Notes under the pieces: model-generated
The model's input: only the letters and a program-made list of their open reading frames with translations
Databases searched by the model: none
Told to the model about the DNA's origin: nothing
DNA from: an uncultured virus (IMG/VR IMGVR_UViG_3300032676_000987)
Lineage: Duplodnaviria; Heunggongvirae; Uroviricota; Caudoviricetes
Reading direction: 5' to 3' (one strand)
Length of the DNA: 64,000 nucleotides
Virus record (IMG/VR): IMGVR_UViG_3300032676_000987
Translations under genes and position numbers: made by a program
Shown: in pieces, positions 28,657 through 37,475 of the stretch
Position numbering within the stretch: position 1 is the first letter of the stretch
Layout: each line of letters starts with the position of its first letter

Positions 28657-28687
28657 GGGAGGGGAGAGAAATCTTCCCTCCCTTTTT
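28657..28687 (+). terminator. Intrinsic terminator
   Basis: GGGAGGGGAGA-GAAA-TCTTCCCTCCC followed by TTTTT. Confidence 0.8.
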
Positions 28688-28767
28688 GGATATTTCGTAA
28701 TAAATAAAAATGTAGTTCGCGGAGGTGAGATTCCCAACTACTCTAACACTGTTATGGAGTATCAGCA

Positions 28768-29462
28768 ATGAATATTTATTCTACAGACAATCTACCAATT
28801 GGTTTCTATATCTATGCGTATGTGCGAACTAGTGGAACCCCTTATTATATAGGCAAAGGACAAGACGGTAGAGCCTGGACAGGTCACCGATACAAAGACG
28901 CAAATAGTGGGAAATGGAAGGGGTACACGTCCCTCCCAATTCTAGAATCATTATTATGGAAACAAATCTTACTGAGGTTGGTGCTTTCGCTTTAGAACGC
29001 AGGTATATTAGGTGGTATGGTCGTAAAGATAAAATATCTTGGGGAATATTACACAATAGAACTGACGGCGACGAGGGCGTGTCGGGAATGGTTCAATCCG
29101 CTTCATCTAATAAAAAACGAAGTGATGCTCTTACTGGAAAGTCGCGCCCAGATGTGTCTGATAGACTAAAGGGGAAACCAAATCTTAAAGTTAGTGCTGC
29201 ACTCATCGGAGTACCTAAATCAGCGGAGTCTATTTCAAAAAGAACCAAAACTCGTAAGGGAAAAACCTACCCTAAATTGGGGGACTGGCAGCGCGGCGTG
29301 AATAAATCCGCAGAGGCAATCGCCAAACGATCCGCAACTCGTCTGGGGAAATCTATTAAAAAACACGAAATCGTAACCTGTCCATATTGTGGGAAAACAG
29401 GAGGTGCCGGCGGCATAAAGGTATGGCACTTTGACCGATGCAAATACAAACCGACAACTTGA
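28768..29462 (+). pseudogene. Frameshifted GIY-YIG homing endonuclease with NUMOD3-like repeats
   Basis: FYIYAY...PYYIGKG...R in one frame continues as LTE..AFALE..YI.WYGRKD....LHNRTDG in the -1 frame; one extra G in the G4 run at 28920-28923 restores a single ORF. Confidence 0.75.
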
Positions 29463-29502
29463 ATCAATCAGCATAAATACTACACTACTAAGGATTTGAT
29501 TC

Positions 29503-30591
29503 ATGAAAATTAGCGATATCTATGAAAGTACGACCTCAGGCGCGATTGCTACTGTCGCACAGCCAATGGCCGGCGCAACACAAAAACGTTCAACTGTAGG
29601 CAAAGGAGTCTACGCTAATCAAAAGCCCGGGAATCTTCTTACCGGTAAGAAGACCAACAAGAAATTTGCTAATTCCCTTCATGAAGGTAAGATGAAGGAA
29701 CTCGCGTCAGATTTAGATTACCTTGACAATCTAAACTTTCAGAAAAAGTACAAGGCTACCAAAGAACAAATTAGAGCAAGATTCAAGATACAAGAAGCAC
29801 AATTAGAAGAAGACGATTTGATTCTTGTGCCAGGCCAAGGTCATAGATTGAAGACTGGATTCCATTCATTTGATCCGGATAAAGCAGAACACGAAGGTGA
29901 AACTCTAAAGAACAGTCTCAGAACAATATCACGTAATGCAAAAGAACTATATGACGTATTAGAAAATTGTGATAGTATTCCTGAATGGGTAAGTGAGAAG
30001 GTCGGCCAGATTAAGGGCATGATGACCAATGTTAATAATTACATGGTTAGCAAGAAACAACAATCAGAAGGTGTTATTGCCGCCGGTGGCGTCGGTGAAA
30101 ACCAAGAACACTTCGATCATGAGATAAGCATGGCTAAGAGCGAAATGCGTAGCGCTGCTAAAGCCGCAAAAAGAATCTATCAAATGCTAGATGAGCGTGA
30201 TGAATTAATGGCATGGCAGCAAAGCTATATCACTTTAGCTAGTGACTATCTAGGTAGCGTAGCTGATAGCATGGAAGAAGAGTTAAGCGAAGGTAAACAG
30301 GGCGGCGAGAAAGAAGTACAAGATTATAAGAAGTGGCGCAAAGACAATCACGACGATCTAGGCACCACTAGAAAAATCATCAGTAGAGAACCTAGCAAGG
30401 GTAGCCCCTGGCAAGATATGGAAGACTTCGGTAAGAAGGTAACTGACGAAGGTGCCAAAGTAGATCGCATGGTTAAGCACATTGCTAAGTCAGAACGTGA
30501 AGCCGGCAAGCCAGCAAAGAAAGCAACAGATATTGCATGGGCCACGGTCAACAAGCGTGGCTATCTAGATAACAAAAACAAAAAGGGTTAA
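29503..30591 (+). CDS. Multi-module probable head-packaged protein
   Basis: MKISDIYE leader; two copies of an [ED]HE..[LM].K..[LM]R......LY..L......W module; C-terminal IAWATVNK ChaB-like motif. Confidence 0.65.
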   Translation: MKISDIYESTTSGAIATVAQPMAGATQKRSTVGKGVYANQKPGNLLTGKKTNKKFANSLHEGKMKELASDLDYLDNLNFQKKYKATKEQIRARFKIQEAQLEEDDLILVPGQGHRLKTGFHSFDPDKAEHEGETLKNSLRTISRNAKELYDVLENCDSIPEWVSEKVGQIKGMMTNVNNYMVSKKQQSEGVIAAGGVGENQEHFDHEISMAKSEMRSAAKAAKRIYQMLDERDELMAWQQSYITLASDYLGSVADSMEEELSEGKQGGEKEVQDYKKWRKDNHDDLGTTRKIISREPSKGSPWQDMEDFGKKVTDEGAKVDRMVKHIAKSEREAGKPAKKATDIAWATVNKRGYLDNKNKKG

Positions 30592-30595
30592 CTGC

Positions 30596-32578
30596 TTGTC
30601 AAACTCTATTGTAGTGAATACGTTGAATGTCCGCGATGCCTATGATTTGAAAAACAATACCACAGAGGCTAATTGGAAAGAAGACAGAGCTTTATTTGCT
30701 ACAGGTAACACTATTATTCAGGAATCTATTATACACAAGTGGATGAGTAGAGACAACGAATTCCGTAAACAGGGACTTACCGAAGGGCTAAGCCATTGTA
30801 ACAATAAAACGTCGATCACAAAACTTTCATTTGTAGACACTGAATCCTTAGGCGATATGTCCACAAGAGTAGCATTTATGGAATCATATCTACTTAATAA
30901 TGAGAGTTTACTAGAATCTAATGACACGACTTTATTAACAGCATTTCGTAATTTACCCAAACAAGCTGCGGCCCCAGAAGTAGGAACCTCGTATCTGATT
31001 ATTGGGTTGTATCTTATTAATGACACATTAGGTGTGACGCATCAGCCATGTATTGCCAAATTGTTAGAAATCAACGACGATTCATATGTATTGTATATAC
31101 CTGCTGAAAACAGAACAGTAAAATTGCCTGAAAAAACACTGTCAGATGTCGCGCCTATGGTCACCTTACTGTTTAATAGTATTGTTCAATACGATAAATT
31201 AAGAACCTTTGTAGTTTTAAAATTCGGCATTAACTTACCAGAATACAACGACATACCCATTAAGGAGAATAAAATGAGTAATAATATGAAAGGTCTACGT
31301 GAAAGTAGTATCATGAAAGGCATCGTAGATGAAGATGGAGCATCTTTTGTCATCTACATTAATGGCAAACCAGCAACTAAATATGTAAATTCCAAAAAAG
31401 CTGAAGCCGCAGTTAGTATGATGAAGTCAAAGTTCCCTGATAAGAAATTTGAGATAAAGCATCAACCTGAAGGTCATGCATCCGATGCAGTTGATACACT
31501 TTATATCAATGATAAACCTAGTATAAAATATAGAGATCCAGATCAAACATTAGCAGCCATGGAACTTTTAAGAAAAAAGCACCCTAGCAGCAAATATGAT
31601 CTTAAGCCTGAGGTCAGAGAAGCTCAAGCGGATGCTCACCTACTCAAGCGTATAACTGTAAAAAAGCACGGCGGAAATGACGAGAATAGTTGGGCAGTTT
31701 TTATCGACGGTAAACCAGCAGTAACTGGACTTAACAAACGATCAGTACCGCACTATAAGTCATTGCTTCTAAAGAAGCTAAAAGAAAAGCCGAGCTTAAC
31801 TGGATCAAGCGAAGTTGAAGAAGCCCGCGGCTCAGGTGTAATGTACATAGTTAAGTCTAAAGACGGCGTCGAGAAGGCATTTAAAAATCTACACGCCGCC
31901 GAAGATTGGAAAAACTCATACCAACGTAAGGCTCCTAAGGACGATGACGGCACATGGGCATGGGCCTGTCATGACGGCACATGGACAATCGGTCCTAAGG
32001 ACGATGACGGCACATGGACAATCGGTGAAAGCCCAGATTATCCTGCAGTTGCTCAGCAACCAGGTGGATGGCGTAAATACCGCACAAAACCAGCTGGTAA
32101 ATTGTCAGAGGGTGAAGACACGACTGAAGCAGTTGCTAATGCTATCATACGCCGCATCACTACTCAATATTTGGATGTATTGAGTAAATACGGTCCAGCC
32201 GCAGTGATGGCGGCAGTTGATGAACTTGCAAGTCATTATCATGACTTAGAAGAAATTGGTTCAAGTGATGTTAGTATTTGGACTAAAGAAGTTATTAAGG
32301 ATCTAGAGTCTGGATACTATGATGATCTTAAGGAAGATACTGCATATGCAGGTGGTATGGGTCAAGGTGGAAATGCTGGTCAATCATATCGCAAGTTTAA
32401 ACCTAAGGTGGCTGGAACATTCAAAGAAGACTCTGATATGCGATTCGCTGCCGAAAAGACTCCTGCAGTTAATCCATACGGTGGACAAAAAGATAGACAG
32501 TTTAGAGGTTCTATTAACGAACAACCAAAAAAGGTCATCAAAAAGGAAAGCTCTGTAATGAAGGGACTTCGTCGCTAA
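30596..32578 (+). CDS. Multi-module probable head-packaged protein (possible internal start at 31274)
   Basis: Three [YF]I[ND][GD]KP repeats; ESS[IV]MKG twice; many x-x-E junctions; in-frame TAAGGAG-ATG at 31274. Confidence 0.6.
   Translation: MSNSIVVNTLNVRDAYDLKNNTTEANWKEDRALFATGNTIIQESIIHKWMSRDNEFRKQGLTEGLSHCNNKTSITKLSFVDTESLGDMSTRVAFMESYLLNNESLLESNDTTLLTAFRNLPKQAAAPEVGTSYLIIGLYLINDTLGVTHQPCIAKLLEINDDSYVLYIPAENRTVKLPEKTLSDVAPMVTLLFNSIVQYDKLRTFVVLKFGINLPEYNDIPIKENKMSNNMKGLRESSIMKGIVDEDGASFVIYINGKPATKYVNSKKAEAAVSMMKSKFPDKKFEIKHQPEGHASDAVDTLYINDKPSIKYRDPDQTLAAMELLRKKHPSSKYDLKPEVREAQADAHLLKRITVKKHGGNDENSWAVFIDGKPAVTGLNKRSVPHYKSLLLKKLKEKPSLTGSSEVEEARGSGVMYIVKSKDGVEKAFKNLHAAEDWKNSYQRKAPKDDDGTWAWACHDGTWTIGPKDDDGTWTIGESPDYPAVAQQPGGWRKYRTKPAGKLSEGEDTTEAVANAIIRRITTQYLDVLSKYGPAAVMAAVDELASHYHDLEEIGSSDVSIWTKEVIKDLESGYYDDLKEDTAYAGGMGQGGNAGQSYRKFKPKVAGTFKEDSDMRFAAEKTPAVNPYGGQKDRQFRGSINEQPKKVIKKESSVMKGLRR
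31933..32026 (+). repeat. Short coding direct repeats (DGTW x3)
   Basis: TCCTAAGGACGATGACGGCACATGG at 31933 and 31993; ATGACGGCACATGGACAATCGGT at 31971 and 32004. Confidence 0.85.
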
Positions 32579-32582
32579 GATT

Positions 32583-33872
32583 ATGCGAGCCATAGAGTTT
32601 CTAATTGAATATGATAGAAACAAAACCGCACAGACACTAGGTACTGGTCTCATTCCTGCATTTGCTAAGGATATGGGCGCCATTAGTGGTAATATGATGG
32701 TATACAGGCAATTCGCTAGAGAAGTTCTAGTACCTGGTAATAAGGCTACTGAGGCCGACAAAGCCGACATAATTCAACACATATTGCAGGCTATAGAAGA
32801 AAAAGATCCAACACCAAATAAAGAATACACTCAGTGGCTTGCTAGAATGTATGCTAAAGGTGGAGTGAAGTTAGAGGACTTAAACAGAGGAAATCTACTT
32901 GGTATCTACAATTTAGGTAAGAAACGCAGGATGATTAAACCAGAACATGCTGATATTAATCGATTCAAAAACTACAAAGAATTTGAAGATACTATGCTGA
33001 GTAATTATGATTTAGATCAGATTGAAGGTGCGGATTCTGCAAAAGCTAAAGAAAAGGGTCAGGCTAACACAATATTTGACAATGAACAAGTACGCATAAT
33101 TGTTCCTGAGGACGAAGCCGCTGCATGTTACTATGGAAGAGGCACCCGCTGGTGTACTGCTGCAACTAAAGGAACGAACTACTTCAAAAATTATAGTAGT
33201 CAAGGTAAATTGTATATCTTGATACCAAAACATCCTAAACGCGACGGTGAAAAATACCAAATACATTTTCAAACCGGTTCATTCATGGATGAAGCCGATT
33301 CTCCAGTAAACGTAGAGGAATTAATTACCAAAAGATTTGGAGATTTGTCCTCATTCTTTAGAGAAAATGAACCAGCAATTAAAAACAGCATATTATTTGC
33401 AGATGACGACGTTCTGACTTCGGTTATTACTAAAATTAGTCAAATAGCTATGGATAAGGCATACGAAGAAATTGCGGAATGGGAACAGAATGACGATTAT
33501 TATTATCGAGACATGAGAGAACTTTATGGCGATGAGGACGGAGATATTGATTGGGACGCAGCATATGCAGCAGGTAACGATTATATGTCTTGGAATCCAG
33601 ATGCTAAAGAATGGGTGGATAATATTGAAAGCATAGTTACACCATCACCGCGTCATCTGAAGGCCTGCACGCAAGAGATGACACAAGAAGGTGATTATGT
33701 CGGTGTCGGAATAGATGACACACCAAGCATAATATCAGACATGTTGTTAAACCATTTTAGAGGTAGCCGACTACATGACACTGGTATTGCTAAATATTTG
33801 GTAAAGAACGTTCTTGTACAAAAAAAGAAAGATGGTAGCTGGGACGTAGATTTGATCGAAAGAAACAAATGA
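32583..33872 (+). CDS. WCT-motif (PcfJ-like) domain protein with capsid-targeting-like leader
   Basis: MRAIEFLIE; DPTPNKEYTQWL; AACYYGRGTRWCTAA; paralog of the 47437 gene. Confidence 0.65.
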   Translation: MRAIEFLIEYDRNKTAQTLGTGLIPAFAKDMGAISGNMMVYRQFAREVLVPGNKATEADKADIIQHILQAIEEKDPTPNKEYTQWLARMYAKGGVKLEDLNRGNLLGIYNLGKKRRMIKPEHADINRFKNYKEFEDTMLSNYDLDQIEGADSAKAKEKGQANTIFDNEQVRIIVPEDEAAACYYGRGTRWCTAATKGTNYFKNYSSQGKLYILIPKHPKRDGEKYQIHFQTGSFMDEADSPVNVEELITKRFGDLSSFFRENEPAIKNSILFADDDVLTSVITKISQIAMDKAYEEIAEWEQNDDYYYRDMRELYGDEDGDIDWDAAYAAGNDYMSWNPDAKEWVDNIESIVTPSPRHLKACTQEMTQEGDYVGVGIDDTPSIISDMLLNHFRGSRLHDTGIAKYLVKNVLVQKKKDGSWDVDLIERNK

Positions 33873-34990
33873 GAGCCCGAGAATTCATCTCTGAAAATGA
33901 ACCGCTCAACGAGTTAACTGGTTATAAGAAAGATCCAGTGTATTCTCTGTTGCAGAACAGCAGAAATATGGAAGAATTTTTGGATGCCTTAAAACTGGCA
34001 GGATATCAGCAATACGTATTAGGCTCAGGTTGTTTCGGCACAGCATTCAAGCGTCCCGGCGAAGACAGTATCATCAAGCTTTGGAAAGATGATCCTGCAT
34101 ATGACACCTATCTTTCTTTTGTGTTACAGAATCAATCTAACCCACATGTTCCAAAGATTATTGGCCGCCCAGTAAAGTTATTGCGCAGATTTAATCTAAT
34201 GCGAATGGAGTTGTTGGATAACAAAAATCTATTCACTTTAGAGAGAAAAAATATTAGATATCAGATACAAGAATATTTAGAGGTATATCCGCGGCGCCCA
34301 TACGCAGAAGAAACTACACTTTTTGAAGAATTCCCTCAACTAAAACCAGTTTTGGATTTTATTAGAAGTGCAGCAGGTGGAACCGTTGTAATAGATGTAG
34401 GTATAAGTAACATACTTTGGAGAAAAGGTGACATTCCTGTTATCACTGATCCTATTGCTGATGTTGAGAAGCTGAGAGAAACCATCAGTACTGGTCAGGG
34501 CGGAGGTTCGGCCGGGATAGGCGGCGGATCGATGGTCGGGGGTCCAACTACATATGAACAAGAGTATGGTCAATTCAAAACCAAAGGACCTCATCGTATT
34601 ACTGCTATGACATATGAGGATTTTTCATCAGAAAATAAGATTACATTGAAACAGTTGTATAGTAAGGGTCTCCCAGATCACGATGAGATGATTTGGAATT
34701 TTGTAGGTGACTCAGACTTTAATGTACCTTTTACAGTTCAAACTATTTCACCAGTTAAACTGGAACTACTATTTAAAAGTCAATATGGCGTAGATCATAT
34801 CGATGAAATTTATGACATGCTAGATTCTGATCAAGAAGATATTGTAGATTCATATAGATCAGATCCTAATTTATCAAATAGTATTATTGTCATGAACGAC
34901 GGAATTGTAGTCGACGGGCATCATCGTGCATTAGCAGCGATATTAAATAGGAAACCAATTAAGTACGTGGATGTGAGTCAAGAAGCATAA
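33869..34990 (+). CDS. Kinase-like domain plus ParB/Srx-like domain protein
   Basis: MRAREFISE; LGSGCFG..IIKL..NPHVPKI..MELL..DVGISN..ITDP; C-terminal VVDGHHRALAA. Confidence 0.7.
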   Translation: MRAREFISENEPLNELTGYKKDPVYSLLQNSRNMEEFLDALKLAGYQQYVLGSGCFGTAFKRPGEDSIIKLWKDDPAYDTYLSFVLQNQSNPHVPKIIGRPVKLLRRFNLMRMELLDNKNLFTLERKNIRYQIQEYLEVYPRRPYAEETTLFEEFPQLKPVLDFIRSAAGGTVVIDVGISNILWRKGDIPVITDPIADVEKLRETISTGQGGGSAGIGGGSMVGGPTTYEQEYGQFKTKGPHRITAMTYEDFSSENKITLKQLYSKGLPDHDEMIWNFVGDSDFNVPFTVQTISPVKLELLFKSQYGVDHIDEIYDMLDSDQEDIVDSYRSDPNLSNSIIVMNDGIVVDGHHRALAAILNRKPIKYVDVSQEA

Positions 34991-35011
34991 ATAGTCTATA
35001 GGATTACAAAC

Positions 35012-35455
35012 ATGTTAGCAGATACTCTTAAGACACTATTGGCATCCGCGTATGCACTATCGATCAAAGCTCAATTCTTTCACTGGAATGTAGAAACTCC
35101 GGATTTTCCCCAATACCATGAATTTTTCGGTAACTACTATGAAGAAGTGTATGACAATACGATTGATAGACTGGCAGAAATAATTCGTCAAGTTGATGAA
35201 TACACTCCGGGCAGTCTCATTCGTTTTTCAGAACTTAGTCAAATCGCAGACCAAACTAAAGTTCCCCGCGCCGAATTAATGATGAAAGAACTTTTTGAAG
35301 ATAATGCCAAAATGCTTGCGATGTATAAGGCAGCATTTCACGTAGCAGAAGATGCAGATGAGCAAGGTATTGCTAACTTTATCGCGGAGAGAATTGACGC
35401 CCACGGTAAACATCAATGGATGCTTCGTTCCATACTAAAAATTTCAAGGGCATAA
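35012..35455 (+). CDS. dps: Dps/ferritin-like protein
   Basis: HWNV, F..YHEFF, IDRLAE.IR ferroxidase signature, K..WML. Confidence 0.85.
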   Translation: MLADTLKTLLASAYALSIKAQFFHWNVETPDFPQYHEFFGNYYEEVYDNTIDRLAEIIRQVDEYTPGSLIRFSELSQIADQTKVPRAELMMKELFEDNAKMLAMYKAAFHVAEDADEQGIANFIAERIDAHGKHQWMLRSILKISRA

Positions 35456-35457
35456 TT

Positions 35458-36486
35458 ATGAGAGTTACAGAATTTCTATCCGAAAATGTATCTAAACCAA
35501 TGATTGGTTCAGCTAAAAAACCGGCAAACGAGTTGACTGAATCTGTAGGACATTTCCTATCAGAGATTCTTTCTGAGGCATCTACTGCAATGTCCGCAGT
35601 TAGAAACAGCCCATATGCTGATCAACTCATAAAGACAATTCACAGTAGCTTATCATTGCCTCATAATCAAGAATGGGCTCCGGTAGATTCTATTAGTTGG
35701 ACTGATGTTAAGGATTATGCACCTAATTTTGTTCTTATGGCAGGTACTAAAGGAACCGCTGCTGTAAAATGGGCAAGTGGACATTATTATTTGGTAACTG
35801 CGAATAGTGAAGGTATACAGACTGATAGAATTACTAGTATAAACGCAGCAGCTAGCCAAATTAAATCTAATATCGGTAAAATAACTGGATTTTGGATTAA
35901 TCCTAAAACGTATCGTGTTCGTGGACCTGGCGCTTATCACAGTGCTGCACATGGATCTGAAACTTCAGTAGATCAACTTCGCACAAAACGCAGAGAAGCA
36001 AAGGCCCTAACTATTCCTAATATGTATGATATAAACCGCGGGTCATCGCATAATAGACAGGTACTATTGGCTAAGTTACGTCCTCTGTTAGGAAAATATG
36101 TTCAACAAGCATTAGCGGACGTTAAAGGAGCCGTTGGTATTTCTATTAAGAATGACGCATTCGATAGAGCCAAGAAAAAGTTACAAGTAGCAAAGCGTCT
36201 ACAAGAATTGTACGACACTCTGGAACAAGCAAAGTCAGTACAGGCTTTGCCGCCTGTGCTTAATCAGACGCTAAATTTAGCTATATTGATGGCAGCAGGT
36301 TATTATTATCCTGAAGAAACCGGAAACATTAGTCGCGGCGGTGGTCCCCGCGATCATTATAGATCAGATTCTATTTCTGTTTATTCCGCCGGTCCAAATA
36401 AGGTTATTGCTGATATCATCAACGGGGATACTAAAAAGTTATCAACTGTGATGGCCTTCCTCAAGCAAGAATTGGTGCACGGATAA
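35458..36486 (+). CDS. Hypothetical protein with capsid-targeting-like leader
   Basis: ATG 35458 follows the dps stop; MRVTEFLSE...ELTE...FLSEILSE. Confidence 0.65.
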   Translation: MRVTEFLSENVSKPMIGSAKKPANELTESVGHFLSEILSEASTAMSAVRNSPYADQLIKTIHSSLSLPHNQEWAPVDSISWTDVKDYAPNFVLMAGTKGTAAVKWASGHYYLVTANSEGIQTDRITSINAAASQIKSNIGKITGFWINPKTYRVRGPGAYHSAAHGSETSVDQLRTKRREAKALTIPNMYDINRGSSHNRQVLLAKLRPLLGKYVQQALADVKGAVGISIKNDAFDRAKKKLQVAKRLQELYDTLEQAKSVQALPPVLNQTLNLAILMAAGYYYPEETGNISRGGGPRDHYRSDSISVYSAGPNKVIADIINGDTKKLSTVMAFLKQELVHG

Positions 36487-36491
36487 AAATC

Positions 36492-37472
36492 ATGAAAACT
36501 AGAGTAAATCTCACTGAGACTATAGCTGCTAAAATAGCAAATGATCCAAAAACAGAAAAAATGATCGCATTGGCTCTTCGCCATGATCATACCTTTCCTG
36601 CTGCAACAAGGGCGTCGATTGGCCCAAACGCATCTGACCATGACATCGCACTACTTTGGGCTAATATGGTAGACAATGCTTTGGCCAATTCTGAATATGG
36701 TGATCTATCCAGAGATGGTAAGTTTGATCAGTGGTTGCTTAGACTATATATGAATCACGTTGCTGATTATGAAGATATATCAGGTGAAGGAGTACCTGCT
36801 CTTGGTCAATGGAAGGCACTTAGTATTCGTAATCTCCTTCGCCCAGAACATCAAGACTTTAATAGATTTCGTTCTTTAGAACAATTATATAATGTAGTTC
36901 GTAGCAGAGAATACAGAGACGCATTGGCCAGAATTAAAGATGCTGAGCGTATTGCAAAGATGAAGCGAGACAAAAAGGAAATCATTTTGATTAATGACGA
37001 CCGCTTTTTTGTCATGGTACCATTGAATTACGGTTCTTGCTATACATTCAACAATGAAGAGGGTGTTCAGGCATCATTCTGTACTGGTAGCAGTGACGGT
37101 GAACGTTGGTTCAACCGATATTCTAAAGACGGTCCGATTGTGAGTATCATCGATAAGAAAAACATGAATGACCCTAAGGGAAAGTGGCAAATGCATTCTC
37201 AGACTAATCAGCTAGTAGATGCAAACCAAAATAACAGAGGCTATCCGCACCGTAATGATGCTGAATTTGCTGAATTATTTCCGGGATTGATGAAGCAAAT
37301 TGTTAGTGCTTTAGAAAAACATTCAGAAGACCTCAAACAAGCCTCTAAGGATATGGGAATTACACACGGTGGGTGGAACATCGCAGAAGAAGTAGGTCGA
37401 ATAAAACGTGATTTCCCAACAGCATTTGCATCAGAACCCAAAGAAAATCCTGAACAACCCGAATTGGCTTAA
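36492..37472 (+). CDS. Divergent WCT-motif (FCT) domain protein
   Basis: QWL, VPLNYGSCY...ASFCTGS, WFNRY...G, KWQMH; leader MKTRVNLTE. Confidence 0.6.
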   Translation: MKTRVNLTETIAAKIANDPKTEKMIALALRHDHTFPAATRASIGPNASDHDIALLWANMVDNALANSEYGDLSRDGKFDQWLLRLYMNHVADYEDISGEGVPALGQWKALSIRNLLRPEHQDFNRFRSLEQLYNVVRSREYRDALARIKDAERIAKMKRDKKEIILINDDRFFVMVPLNYGSCYTFNNEEGVQASFCTGSSDGERWFNRYSKDGPIVSIIDKKNMNDPKGKWQMHSQTNQLVDANQNNRGYPHRNDAEFAELFPGLMKQIVSALEKHSEDLKQASKDMGITHGGWNIAEEVGRIKRDFPTAFASEPKENPEQPELA

Positions 37473-37475
37473 TAA

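Noticed and set aside
28905..28930. Programmed -1 frameshift in the GIY-YIG gene
   Set aside because: The GGGAAAT heptamer is not in the required X XXY YYZ phase. A single-base indel in the G run is the simpler explanation.
31933..32026. Short repeats as a CRISPR array
   Set aside because: Only 2-3 overlapping copies, no unique spacers, in frame within a CDS, and no cas genes.
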